Source: an uncultured Actinomycetota bacterium
Lineage (GTDB): Bacteria; Actinomycetota; UBA4738; HRBIN12
Length of the DNA stretch: 64,000 nt
Reading direction: 5' to 3'
Assembly: GCA_963839395.1 (NCBI GenBank)
Contig: CAWIUW010000003.1
Span: 40,393-104,392, forward strand
Of this stretch, positions 28,931-38,399 are shown in pieces. The first letter of the stretch is position 1, and every line of letters begins with the position of its first letter. The position numbers and the translations under genes are program-made. The notes below the pieces were generated by a model that was given only the letters and a program-made list of their open reading frames with translations, was not told the DNA's origin and made no database searches.

Positions 28931-29449
28931 TTGGTCAGCATGACGGTGCTCGTGGCCTACGCGAGTAAGCACGGCTCAACTGAAGGGATCGCACAAGCGA
29001 TCGCGGATCGCTTGCGCGAGCTCGGCGAGCCGGTGGAAGTCTGTTCCGTCGGTGAAGTCGTCGACCTCGCAGAATTCAGGGCGGTCGTGCTCGGGAGCGC
29101 TGTCTACGCGGGATCCTGGATGAAGGAGGCCGTCGAGTTCGTGCACCGATCCGCAGAGGCACTCGCGGAACGACCCGTGTGGCTGTTCAGCAGCGGCCCG
29201 CTCGGCACCGACGTCGAGGACGAAGAGGAACAGCCTCGGCAGTTGGAGGAGATAGCCGGGATCGTCGGTCCGATCGATCACCGGATGTTCTTCGGCGCCC
29301 TGGATCGGAGCAAGCTTGGGTTCGGGGAACGGATGATCGTGAAGGCCGTGAAGGCTCCTGACGGAGACTTCCGCGACTGGGATGCGATCCGAGATTGGGC
29401 CGACGGCATCGCCCGCGAGCTCGGTGTCGGGCCCGGACACGCAAAGTAG
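28931..29449 (+). CDS. Flavodoxin-domain protein (HemG/long-chain flavodoxin-like)
   Basis: ORF of 172 aa with VLVAYASKHGSTEGIAQAIADRL and VVLGSAVYAGSW. An alternative start is ATG 28940. Confidence 0.85.
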   Translation: MVSMTVLVAYASKHGSTEGIAQAIADRLRELGEPVEVCSVGEVVDLAEFRAVVLGSAVYAGSWMKEAVEFVHRSAEALAERPVWLFSSGPLGTDVEDEEEQPRQLEEIAGIVGPIDHRMFFGALDRSKLGFGERMIVKAVKAPDGDFRDWDAIRDWADGIARELGVGPGHAK

Positions 29450-29455
29450 TTCGCC

Positions 29456-29839
29456 ATGGACCCGGGCGACCACCGCTCAACTCCTCATGAGCGCGCGCTC
29501 GTCGCGGTCAAGGTCATCCATACGCTGGCCTGGTTCTCCATCGAGTCGTGCATGGGGTACCTGTTGTATGCGGGGTTCGTGAAGCGGACCGACCGACGCG
29601 TCGCGGCCGCGGCCGCCGTGGTCGGCGGCGAGAGTGTGATCTTCGCGGCGAACGGCTTCCGTTGCCCGCTGACCGATGTGGCGGAATCGCTCGGCGCCGA
29701 AGATGGTTCGGTCACCGACATCTTCCTGCCGCGCTGGTTCGCCCACAGTCTGCCCGCGATCCACGTGCCGCTGATCCTTCTGACGGCGTACCTCCATGGA
29801 AGGAATCTCCGGCGGCGTCCGCCCGCGAGACGCGCCTAG
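29456..29839 (+). CDS. Small membrane protein with CPLT motif (DUF2784-like, tentative)
   Basis: ORF of 127 aa with about 3 TM segments and the motif NGFRCPLTDVAESLG. Confidence 0.65.
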   Translation: MDPGDHRSTPHERALVAVKVIHTLAWFSIESCMGYLLYAGFVKRTDRRVAAAAAVVGGESVIFAANGFRCPLTDVAESLGAEDGSVTDIFLPRWFAHSLPAIHVPLILLTAYLHGRNLRRRPPARRA

Positions 29840-29940
29840 CCCAGCGGGACCTCTGTCCCGTCGAACCAGTGTCTTTCGGCCTCCCCCGGTGCGTGCCGCG
29901 CCGCGCATCCTTCGAGGTGACGGGTGAGAAGGAGACGGAG

Positions 29941-30235
29941 ATGTCTGAGGACCTGGTCGTCCAGACGAATGGACCGTACCTCCGTGTCGTGCTGCCCGAC
30001 TTCGAGCCGGACTGGGCTGCGGTGTGGAGCGCCGTTGGACTTCGAGCTCGAAGAAGGGATCGAGCGCGCTGAGGTGGTCGCTCCTTGCTATCCAGACGAC
30101 GAATGCCTTGCGGGCGTCCGTGCGCTCGTCGAGCAACTGGAAGCGACTTGGTGTGCAGACGGTTGTCGAGTGGCAGGGCGAGCCGTCTCTCGCGAAGGCG
30201 ACAGTGGCGGCTGCCCCGCAAGAGAGAGGTGAGGA
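29941..30235 (+). CDS. Small hypothetical protein (frame-disrupted, boundaries uncertain)
   Basis: ATG 29941 follows GAAGGAGACGGAG. The protein reads MSEDLVVQTNGPYLRVVLPDFEPDWAAVWSAV, then continues in other frames (DFELEEGIERAEVVAPCYPDDECLAGVRALVEQLE; LGVQTVVEWQGEPSLAKATVAAAP). Confidence 0.35.
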
Positions 30236-30237
30236 AG

Positions 30238-30609
30238 ATGTGGCGGTTCCTATTCATCGGATTCCTGATCGCGCACGCGCTCGTGCACCTGGCGATCTGG
30301 CTCATGCCGAAGCCCTCGGATCAGGAAGCGCCGTTCGACCCGGACCATTCGTGGTGGCTCGGTGACCAGAAGACCGTGGCGGTGCTGCTGGCCGTGACGG
30401 CGGCCGTGTTGCTCATGGCTGGGGGTCTGGGCCTGTGGGCGCATGCCGGCTGGTGGCGGAGCGTGGCCGCGATCGGGCTGGCGGCCTCGTTCGGCCTGAT
30501 GGTCGTGTACTTCAACCCTTGGTACCTGTTCATCGAAGGGGTCAACGCAGCGCTGATCGTGAGCATCGTATGGCTCACATGGCCGTCCAAGACCATGGTT
30601 GGCGCGTGA
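30238..30609 (+). CDS. Small membrane protein (hypothetical)
   Basis: ATG 30238 follows GAGAGGTGAGGAAG. The protein reads MWRFLFIGFLIAHALVHLAIWLMP and has 4 TM segments. Confidence 0.65.
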   Translation: MWRFLFIGFLIAHALVHLAIWLMPKPSDQEAPFDPDHSWWLGDQKTVAVLLAVTAAVLLMAGGLGLWAHAGWWRSVAAIGLAASFGLMVVYFNPWYLFIEGVNAALIVSIVWLTWPSKTMVGA

Positions 30610-30631
30610 GTGCACGGCGCTTGGAGGGGAG

Positions 30632-31577
30632 ATGATCCCGATGAGAGTCGTAGATCGTTACCGGCGCGACATGGAAGCCGCCCGACGGAGGCTGGCGGCA
30701 CTCGATCGTCGTACCGTCGAAACGCAGTTCGGGAAGGTCGAGTACATCGACCAGGGTGAGGGGCCTGTGGTGCTCGTGATCCATGGCATCACGCAGGGCG
30801 CCGATGGAGGTCTGCGAGGACTCGCGGCCGACCTCGTTCCCCCGGGTTACCGGGTGATCGTGCCCTCTCGGTTCGGTTATCTCGGCTCCGAGATGCCGAC
30901 AGGCGCCACGCCGGAGATGCAGGCCGACGCGTTCGCCGCGCTGCTCGATGCGATCGGCGTCAGGAGGGTCGTGGTCCTCGCGGGATCGGCAGGAAGCACG
31001 TCCGCGCTGCATTTCGCGATCCGTCACCATGATCGGACGCGGGCGCTGCTGCTCGTGTCGGCAAACGTCCCGGGTCCGCATCAGTCCAAGGGCATGCCAC
31101 CGAGAGCCGTCTTCAGAGCGATCTTCGCAAGCGATCCCGTCGCTGTGGCTCACGATCACGTACCTACCCAGCCTGATGGCGAGATTGAGCCAGGTGCTGC
31201 GCGTCCCGGACGGTGTGCAGCCGACCGAGGAGGACGAGTCGAAGATCCGACGAGCGATGGAAGGTGTCCTCCTGGGGAAGCTGCGAGTGACGGGCGAGGT
31301 CTTCGATGCCTTCGTGTCGAACCCCGCATCAACCAGATCGATCTATCCGAGGTCCCGGTTCCCACGATGATCCTGCATGCGCGGGACGACTACAGGACCT
31401 CCATATCCGGCGGCGGTCGCCATGGCCCGACGGATCCCGTGCGCACGGATGGTTACGGTCGATCGTGGCGGTCATCTGATGCTGGGAAAGCACCCTGCGG
31501 CGACACGAGAACTCGAGGGGTTCCTCGAAGAGTTCCTCCAAGGGCACAGCCTCTCGAACGTCGGGGTGGCGGCATGA
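30632..31577 (+). CDS. Alpha/beta hydrolase (two frame shifts)
   Basis: ATG 30632 follows GGAGGGGA. VVLVIHGITQG and the nucleophile elbow VLAGSAGSTSAL are in ORF 30599-31666. The middle part is in ORF 30948-31370. The C-terminus ...RMVTVDRGGHLMLGKHPAATRELEGFL is in ORF 31377-31577. Confidence 0.75.
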
Positions 31578-31669
31578 ACAGCCGGGTCGCGAGGTACTCA
31601 GACCAGTTGCATGAACGAACATCCAGTGGAACCGTCCGCGGGCGAATGATCGAACAGGAGGTGTGAACG

Positions 31670-32713
31670 ATGCGAGCCATCGTGTATCACGGACCGGGAA
31701 AGAAGAGCTGGGAGGAAGTCCCGAAGCCGTCGATCCAGGAGGACCTCGACGCCGTCGTCAGGGTCGACGCCGTCACGATCTGCGGAACGGATCTCCACAT
31801 CCTGAAGGGGGATGTTCCGACGGTGACGGAGGGTCGGATCTTGGGCCATGAGGCGGTCGGCACGATCGAGGAGATCGGGTCGGGTGTGACCACGGTCGCT
31901 CCAGGCGATCGGGTGCTCATCTCCTGCATCACTGCGTGCGGGCGCTGCCGATTCTGCAAGGAGGCCCGATACGGACTGTGCACCGGAGGTGGCAGCTGGA
32001 TCCTCGGACATCGGATCGACGGGACCCAGGCCGAGTACGTCCGCGTCCCTTTCGCGGACACGTCTACCCACCTCGTGCCCGACGGTGTTTCGGACGAAGC
32101 CGTGCTGATGCTCGCCGACATCTGCCCCACGAGCTACGAAGTCGGGGTGCTGAACGGCAGGATCCGGCCGGGTGACACCGTGGCGGTGGTAGGGACTGGG
32201 CCGATCGGACTCGCAGCGATCCTCACGGCGCAGCTGTTCTCGCCGAGCCAGATCGTGGCGATCGACATCGCTGACTCCCGGTTGGAGGCGGCCAAGCGAT
32301 TCGGAGCCGGCGTCTTGGTGAACAGTGACCGGGACGACTCGCTCGAGAGGATCCGCGAGATCACCGGTGGGCTCGGTGTGGATACGGCGATCGAAGCCGT
32401 CGGGGTACCCGAGAGCTTCGAGCTGTGCGCGAGCCTCGTCAGACCGGGCGGTGTGGTGGCGAACGTCGGAGTGCACGGAAGGCCGGCGACGCTCCATCTC
32501 GAGGATCTGTGGATCAAGGGGGTGACCGTCACCACCGGTCTCGTGGATACGTACTCGACGCCGACGCTCCTCAAGCTGATCCGATCCGGGCAGCTCGACG
32601 TGGGTGGATTCGTCACCCACCGATACCCGATGGATGAGTTCCTCGAGGCGTACGACACCTTCTCGCGAGCGGGGGAAACGGGTGCGCTCAAGGTGGTGCT
32701 CACGCGGTCGTAA
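31670..32713 (+). CDS. Zinc-dependent alcohol dehydrogenase (MDR family)
   Basis: ORF of 347 aa with ICGTDLH, GHEAVG, the structural zinc motif CGRCRFCKEARYGLC and the NAD site VVGTGPIGL. Confidence 0.93.
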   Translation: MRAIVYHGPGKKSWEEVPKPSIQEDLDAVVRVDAVTICGTDLHILKGDVPTVTEGRILGHEAVGTIEEIGSGVTTVAPGDRVLISCITACGRCRFCKEARYGLCTGGGSWILGHRIDGTQAEYVRVPFADTSTHLVPDGVSDEAVLMLADICPTSYEVGVLNGRIRPGDTVAVVGTGPIGLAAILTAQLFSPSQIVAIDIADSRLEAAKRFGAGVLVNSDRDDSLERIREITGGLGVDTAIEAVGVPESFELCASLVRPGGVVANVGVHGRPATLHLEDLWIKGVTVTTGLVDTYSTPTLLKLIRSGQLDVGGFVTHRYPMDEFLEAYDTFSRAGETGALKVVLTRS

Positions 32714-32909
32714 CGACCATCGCCTCGTTGGGTTCGTGGATCCGAACCAGGGTGCTGAGGCGCCCCCAGCCGGGGTCTCTGGTGGTCCTGGGCAAGTCCT
32801 ACCCGGTGTGGGGTCCAAAGGCCCATGAAAGGCAAGCGCTCCGGGTCGAACATGAGCTCAACGGGGCCCCCACCGGAGCGGCGGCCCCCAGGAGCAAAGG
32901 AGCAGTGAG

Positions 32910-33509
32910 ATGGACAGGAGCAACTGGGACAAGATCGTGAGCGGCGCAGGTGCCGTGGTCGCGATCGTGCTCATCGCGCTCGGCGCGATGGCGATCTTCG
33001 GAGGCAACTTCGGGCAGCAGAACGTGCGGGACCGCTTGGTGCCGCAGAACATCTCGTTCCCGCCGGCCGACGCGATGTCCCCGGAGGAGAAGGCCGAGAT
33101 CGGCGAGTTCGCCGGTCAGAAGGTCGAGAACGGTGTGCAGGCAGAGGCGTTCTCCCGCTACATCGGCGGACACCTCGAGGCCGTCAACGACGGCGCGACC
33201 TACTCGGAGACGAGTGCAGCGGCGCGCGAAGAGGGGATCGACCCCGACGTTGCCGCGGAGCTGCAGGCCAAGGCTGACACGCTCTTCAAGGGTGAGTCCC
33301 TGAGGGCGATGCTGCTGAACGCCTACGGCTGGTGGACCGTCGCGACGATCGCCATGTGGGCCGGGATCGCGATGCTGCTCGCGGGTCTCTTGCTCGGGAT
33401 CCTCTCGATCCTCGGGTTCAGGCACGCTGGCAAGGTTGCCGGCGAGGTGTCGGTCACAACGCAGGAGCACCGGGCAACGAGCCCGGAGTACGCGGACGCA
33501 ACACGCTAG
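32910..33509 (+). CDS. Two-TM membrane protein with extracytoplasmic loop (hypothetical)
   Basis: ORF of 199 aa with one N-terminal and one C-terminal TM. A strong terminator follows. Confidence 0.7.
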   Translation: MDRSNWDKIVSGAGAVVAIVLIALGAMAIFGGNFGQQNVRDRLVPQNISFPPADAMSPEEKAEIGEFAGQKVENGVQAEAFSRYIGGHLEAVNDGATYSETSAAAREEGIDPDVAAELQAKADTLFKGESLRAMLLNAYGWWTVATIAMWAGIAMLLAGLLLGILSILGFRHAGKVAGEVSVTTQEHRATSPEYADATR

Positions 33510-33541
33510 ACGAGCGGCCTCAGCTCCGGGCCGCTTCACGG

Positions 33542-33569
33542 AAGGAGCCCGCCTGCAGGCGGGCTCCTT
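33542..33569 (+). terminator. Intrinsic terminator
   Basis: 12-bp perfect stem aaggagcccgcc / ggcgggctcctt with loop tgca, followed by ctactttg. It lies 33 nt after the stop at 33509. Confidence 0.7.
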
Positions 33570-33716
33570 CTACTTTGCGCACTGTCGGCACTGCCAGAGG
33601 TGCGCCCCGCATAGACGGCGGCAGTTGAAGTGGCCACCTCTTCCCTGAGGGTCAGACGGCTCCGTGACCTCGGGACCTATGGCCTGAGCGGCGCATCCTG
33701 GAGGAGGGATGCTGTG

Positions 33717-34118
33717 ATGGACACGTTGGAAGGAGTGACCATGGAAACGACGAAACGAGTCGACATTGACAAGACGATCGAGGAGGCGAAGGACGCCATC
33801 ACCGTCCGCCGCGTCTTCGGCGAGCCGTATGTCAAGAACGGCGTGACGGTGATCCCGGCTGCCCGCGTCCAAGGGGGCGCCGGTGGCGGCTCGGGTGAGG
33901 CCCCAGGCGGGGAAGGACGTGGAGGAGGGGCTGGGTTCGGCCTCAGCGCGAAGCCGGTAGGCGCCTACGTGATCAAGGGAGACGAGGTCTCCTGGCGTCC
34001 TGCGGTCGATGTCAACCGCGTGATCCTCGGGGCTCAGCTTGTCACCTTGGTCGCCTTGTTGGTTGCAAGGTCCATCGTCCGGTCGCGCCCGGCCCGGACG
34101 GACGAAGACATCGGCTGA
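33717..34118 (+). CDS. GerW/YtfJ-family protein
   Basis: ATG 33717 follows GGAGGAGGG. The text VFGEPYVKNGVTVIPAARVQGGAGGGSG...GFGLSAKPVGAYVIKGDEVSWRPAVD is typical of the YtfJ/GerW family. A C-terminal TM is present. Confidence 0.7.
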   Translation: MDTLEGVTMETTKRVDIDKTIEEAKDAITVRRVFGEPYVKNGVTVIPAARVQGGAGGGSGEAPGGEGRGGGAGFGLSAKPVGAYVIKGDEVSWRPAVDVNRVILGAQLVTLVALLVARSIVRSRPARTDEDIG

Positions 34119-34379
34119 GTGTTGTTCGGCGGAACAGAAAGTCGGCGCACGATCGGCGGCCATCTTGGTCAACACCAGGTCAAAGAGCCGATTGGGATCA
34201 GGCGGTCCTCGACCGTAATCCTGTGACACGTCGCGGATGCTCTGAGCTGCGAGATGCTGATCAGGGGGTGCGCCGGCCTTCTGACCGGAAGAGGTCAGAG
34301 GCTCAGATCCTCTAGCGCCCACTACCCAAACCCCTCCGTCAGAGGCGGTTTCGTGGTGTGAGATCCAGCTCCGACCTCG

Positions 34380-34724
34380 TCACTCCAGGACCTGATAGAG
34401 GCTGAGGTGGTTGCCGTCGGGGTCGGAGAACTCGACGAAGGCGATCACGCCCTCGACCCGCTCGATCGGCCCGACGCCGATCCCCATCGTCACCAGACGG
34501 TCGCGTGCGGCCTCGACGTCCTTGACGCCGATCCGGAACACGGTCCGATCGCCGACGTAGAGCTGCAGCCAGGAACCAGGGTGGACCTCGAACTCGACGA
34601 TCCCCGGGTCGGGCTCGATGTCGGCCACTTTGCCGAGCACGCGTTCGTACCAGGCCCGGGCGGCGTCCAAGTCGCGAACGGGAACGCCGATGGTGACGCT
34701 GGTCGTCGCAGCTTCCTTCTCCAC
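34380..34724 (-). CDS. VOC/glyoxalase-family protein
   Basis: ORF of 114 aa with VTIGVPVRDLDAARAWYERVLG and FSDPDGNHLSLYQV. Confidence 0.85.
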   Translation of the reverse strand: MEKEAATTSVTIGVPVRDLDAARAWYERVLGKVADIEPDPGIVEFEVHPGSWLQLYVGDRTVFRIGVKDVEAARDRLVTMGIGVGPIERVEGVIAFVEFSDPDGNHLSLYQVLE

Positions 34725-34763
34725 TCGTTCGTTATATATCCGGCCCTCCCCGGCGCTCGGCGA

Positions 34764-35186
34764 TCAGCCGGTAGGACCTGAGTCCTCTGGCCGCGCGACC
34801 ACCGGTGGGGTCGTCGGCGCAAGCGCCATATCCGCTCGCTCCTGATACCTCGCAGCCGCGATCCTCCGGTCGATCCAACCGACCAAGGCATGCATCCCGA
34901 GCGCGAGCAACCAGTACATGAACATCGCGAAGAGCAGCGCCGGATCGAGGAGCGAGCCGCTCTCGCCCTCGACCGCGGGGAAGATCCCGCGGAACGGCTG
35001 CATGATCCGATCGGTCGCCCGGAACACCCACTGCACGAACGGCGTCCCCTCGTTCGCGTTGAACAGCTCGAGGAAGAACGCCATCGCGAGGATCACGGTG
35101 CAGACGATCGCGAAACCGTAGATGAACAGGACCATCGCTCGACCCACCCGGAAGCCGATGCGCGTGTCCGCGCCTGCCTGGGACAT
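34764..35186 (-). CDS. YggT-family-like membrane protein
   Basis: ORF of 140 aa with an RBS GGAGGAGG upstream. It has TM segments and IMQPFRGIFP...LDPALLFAMFMYWLL. Confidence 0.7.
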   Translation of the reverse strand: MSQAGADTRIGFRVGRAMVLFIYGFAIVCTVILAMAFFLELFNANEGTPFVQWVFRATDRIMQPFRGIFPAVEGESGSLLDPALLFAMFMYWLLALGMHALVGWIDRRIAAARYQERADMALAPTTPPVVARPEDSGPTG

Positions 35187-35291
35187 CAGACCGCCTCCTC
35201 CTATGTCGGTAGGCGCAGGCTACCTCGGGAGCGTAGGCGGGCTTCGCGAGCAGTCACATCGGCCGGTTCGTCACGGTCGCTCCGCCCGGAC

Positions 35292-35810
35292 TCACATCGT
35301 CTTCCTCAGCGCGGCGCGCCCGTGGTGTGCGAGCACACGCACCGTTCCCGGACGGACGCCCAAGAGGCGCCCCGCCTCCTCGGACGTGTAGTCGAGGAGC
35401 TCTATGAGGATGACCGCCGCACGTTGACGAACGGTCAGTGCCGCGAGGGCGCGATCCACGCGGTCGCGGCCTTCGACGTCTTCGAGCGGATCGCGATTCG
35501 AGGCCCAGTCGAGCACGCGCCTCGCGATCGCGGCTCGCCGATACCGGGTCTTGAATGTGTTGAGCGCGGTTCGGTAGAGATACCCAGCCGGGCGATCCAT
35601 GTGGCGCACGCGACCCCACCGCTCCCAGACCTTCAGGAAGGCGTCGTGCATGAGCTCCTCAGCCTCGTGCGGGTCTCGGGTGATGAGGCAGAGATTGGCG
35701 AAGAGCCCATCGCGCTCGGACCGGTAGAAGAGCTCGAAGCTCGCGGTGTGGTCATCCCCCTCGGGCCGAGTCACCTCGTGGTCCTTGGCATCACGTGTAT
35801 CGAGCTTCAC
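35292..35810 (-). CDS. ECF-type RNA polymerase sigma factor
   Basis: ORF of 172 aa. Region 2 reads EAEELMHDAFLKVWERW...YLYRTALNTFKTRYRR and region 4 reads LTVRQRAAVILIELLDYTSEEAGRLLGVRPGTVRVLAHHGRAAL. It is a paralogue of 41700-42224. Confidence 0.9.
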   Translation of the reverse strand: MKLDTRDAKDHEVTRPEGDDHTASFELFYRSERDGLFANLCLITRDPHEAEELMHDAFLKVWERWGRVRHMDRPAGYLYRTALNTFKTRYRRAAIARRVLDWASNRDPLEDVEGRDRVDRALAALTVRQRAAVILIELLDYTSEEAGRLLGVRPGTVRVLAHHGRAALRKTM

Positions 35811-35958
35811 CCTCGTTCTCCTCTCGCTTCTGGATGAGCGCTCTCGGGTCGAGACGCTAGGAGGTGGTTCCCGCCGGCTCTACGGTGGCGGCCTGGCGAA
35901 CCGCGGGATGCTGCCATCCGTCGCGATACGGTGCTGGCCGCTTGACGCCGCCCGAGCG

Positions 35959-36651
35959 ATGACGGACAACTGCGGAGGATCCGGGCGCAGGAGGCATCCG
36001 CTGGAGATCGATCAGGCCGACGAGCAACCAACCCTCGATGGGTTGCGCCGCGAGATCGAGGAGCTCCGAGCCTCTCGGAGACGACTCGCGCTTGTCGGCG
36101 ATGCCGAACGTCGCGACATCGAGCGGGCTCTGCACGGAGGCGTGCAGCAGGATCTGGTGGGGCTCGCCGCCATCCTCGAGGTCGTCGCGGGATCCGTGGA
36201 CTCCGATCCCGCGGCGGCGAAGGGGCTCCTCGAGGAGATGCAGCGCGAAGTGCGACGAGCGTTGACGGAGTTGCAGGAGCTCGCCAACCGGATCTTCCCT
36301 CCGCTGCTCGAGGTAGGCGGACTGGTCGCGGAGCTCCGCGCGGCGGCCACCCGCGCCGGCGTGCAAGCGCGGCTCGACGTCGATGTGGACGGGTCGACTC
36401 CGCCGGAGATCGCCGGCGCCGTCTATTTCTGCGCCCTGGACGCGTTCGAGCGCGCGTCGGCCGGCATCCCGGTCGTGGTGAGGGTTCGGGGCGAGGAGGG
36501 CGCGCTCGCGTTCGAGATCGAGGCGGACGGCAACCTGGGTCCCGAACGCCGTGCCCCGCACGATCGCGTCGAAGCGCTGGGCGGCCGAGTGACGATCACC
36601 GCGCCGGGGGACCGGACCACCGTGGCCGGATCCCTGCCGCTCTCGCGATGA
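35959..36651 (+). CDS. Sensor-less HisKA_3-type histidine-kinase-like protein with degenerate ATP-binding boxes
   Basis: The start is ATG 35959. A coiled-coil is followed by the H-box ERRDIERALHGGVQQDL. The catalytic domain reads CALDAFERA where the kinase at 11312 has EALSNVGRH, so the N-box Asn is absent. No GxGL G2 box is present before DRVEALGG. Confidence 0.72.
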   Translation: MTDNCGGSGRRRHPLEIDQADEQPTLDGLRREIEELRASRRRLALVGDAERRDIERALHGGVQQDLVGLAAILEVVAGSVDSDPAAAKGLLEEMQREVRRALTELQELANRIFPPLLEVGGLVAELRAAATRAGVQARLDVDVDGSTPPEIAGAVYFCALDAFERASAGIPVVVRVRGEEGALAFEIEADGNLGPERRAPHDRVEALGGRVTITAPGDRTTVAGSLPLSR

Positions 36652-36653
36652 CG

Positions 36654-37319
36654 CTAGTCGCTCTCCGCCAGGTAGAGGATCACGGCCTTGACGCGCTTGT
36701 TGACCGACGGCTCCCACGTGAGTTCGAGCTTGAGGAAGATCGAATGGATCACCTTCTCGACCGACCGCTCGGCGAGGAAGAGGGACTCACCGATAGCCGC
36801 GTTGCTCTTGCCCGCCGCCATCTCGCGCAGCACGTCGCGCTCGCGCGTGGTCAACTGGTGGATCGGCGACTGCTCGCCTCGGGCGTCCTCGGCGACCAGC
36901 GCCTCGACGACCTTCGGGTCGATCACGGAACCGCCGGTCGCGACCGCGCGGATCGCCGCCACGAGCTGGTCCGGCTCCTGGACGCGCTCCTTCAGGAGGT
37001 AGGAACGTCCCGCGCTGCCGCCCTCCAGGAGCGCGAGGGCGTAGCTCGGCGTGGCGTACTGGCTGAGCACGACCACGCCGACGTCGGGGTTCGTCGTCCG
37101 CAACCGTTCTGCCGCCTGGATCCCCTCGTCGCTGTTGCCGGGCGGCATGCGGATGTCGGTGACGACCACGTCCGGATGCTCCGTCTCCACAGCGCTGAGC
37201 AGAGAATCGAGGTCGCCGCACACGGCCGCGACCTCGAGGTCGGGATCGGCCTCGAGCAGCCGCCGCACGCCCTCGCGCACGAGGAGATGATCGTCTGCGA
37301 TCACGAGCCGGAGCGGCAT
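36654..37319 (-). CDS. NarL/LuxR-family response regulator
   Basis: The start is ATG 37319. The receiver has LVIADDHLLVREGV, VVVTDIRMPP, VLSQ and LLKER. The HTH reads LTTRERDVLREMAAGKSNAAIGESLFLAERSVEKVIHSIFLKL. The ORF extension to 37742 is antisense text. Confidence 0.9.
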   Translation of the reverse strand: MPLRLVIADDHLLVREGVRRLLEADPDLEVAAVCGDLDSLLSAVETEHPDVVVTDIRMPPGNSDEGIQAAERLRTTNPDVGVVVLSQYATPSYALALLEGGSAGRSYLLKERVQEPDQLVAAIRAVATGGSVIDPKVVEALVAEDARGEQSPIHQLTTRERDVLREMAAGKSNAAIGESLFLAERSVEKVIHSIFLKLELTWEPSVNKRVKAVILYLAESD

Positions 37320-37336
37320 GGCGCGAGGATACGCCT

Positions 37337-37712
37337 GTGACCAGCGTCCTCGTCGTCGACGACAACGACCTGAACCGGAAGCTCGCGCTCGACGTCCTGG
37401 GCGCCGCGGGGTTCCGGACGCTCGGAGCCTCGACGGGCCGCGCAGGGGATCTCGCTCGCACGCGAGCACGTGCCCGACGTGATCCTGATGGATCTTCGGC
37501 TCCCCGACATGGACGGCGTCGAGGCGACGCGGGATCTCGCGGCGCACGAGCGAACGGCTCGGATCCCGGTGGTCGCGATGAGCGCGACACGGCTGGAGGG
37601 CGCCGACGACTGGCTCGAGGAGGCAGGGTTCGCGGGATGGATCGAGAAGCCGATCCACGTGAGCACGTTCCCCGAGCAGGTCCGCCACTTCTGCGCAGAG
37701 AGGACGGAGTGA
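37337..37712 (+). CDS. Single-domain response regulator (CheY-like; one frame shift near 37440)
   Basis: GTG 37337 gives MTSVLVVDDNDLNRKLALDVLGAAGFRTLGASTG. The protein then continues, frame-shifted, as (Q)GISLAREHVPDVILMDLRLPDMDGVEATRDL...IPVVAMSA...GFAGWIEKPI in ORF 37470-37712. Confidence 0.8.
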
Positions 37713-37849
37713 CGAGGTTCGAGGGCAGTACCGTGCTACCACCCCGAAGATGGACGGTTGGCCTGCTGGGCCGGGATCGTTGCTCTCCCTAGCCTCTAGA
37801 CGTATCGGATCGGCAGTGTGAACATCCTCGGCACTGACGACCAGGCAAT

Positions 37850-38399
37850 ATGAGCGGAAAGGGGCATCACATGCGGAGGTTCGTGCTCGGTGGAGTAATC
37901 GGGGTCTTCGTCATCTCGGTCGTGCTCGCAGCGTGCGGCGGCTCGGGAGGCAACGCGTCCGAGGCCGAGGCCCGGCGATTCCAGGACATGTGGGAGATCG
38001 ACCAGATCGAGAAGGACTTCCACGAGGCCACGTCGGTGAAGGACATCGATCTGATGCTGAGCCTGTACGCGCCCAACGCGACCTTCTCCGTCGGAGGGGG
38101 AGAGACCGCGGTGGGCCTCGACGAGATCCGGGACTTCTGGACGACGAAGTCGCCGACATTCCAGAACAACTGGATCTCCGATCACCCCGCCTACAAGATG
38201 GAGATCACGGTGAACGGCGACCGTGGGACGCTGCACTTCGAGTGCCACTTCGTGGATAGCGAAGACCGGGGAGGTGGCCGCGGTCACGGCCGGCGATGCG
38301 GACGTCGCGCGGATCGACGGCAAGTGGCTGATCACGAACTTCGTCGGCGGCACGACCGAGCTCCTAGGCGTGCGAGCCCGTGTCCGACGCACCTCCTGA
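37850..38399 (+). CDS. SnoaL/NTF2-like lipoprotein (one frame shift near 38258)
   Basis: It has a signal peptide with lipobox VVLAAC and NTF2-like text (IDQIEKDFHEATSVKDIDLMLSLYAPNATF). The end KTGEVAAVTAGDADVARIDGKWLITNFVGGTTELLGV...* is in frame 0, with TGA at 38397-38399. Confidence 0.7.

Noticed and set aside
34280-34297. Hairpin CTGACCggaagaGGTCAG with a GGAA-containing loop, considered as an SRP-RNA domain IV or other known RNA. Also the recurring 8-mer GAGGTCAG at about 34290, 41619 and 61288.
   Set aside because: The flanks do not match the conserved SRP motif (GGUCC-GGAA-GGAAGCAGC). An 8-mer is expected a few times by chance in 128 kb of two-strand GC-rich sequence. It is kept only as a low-interest note under the non-coding island finding.
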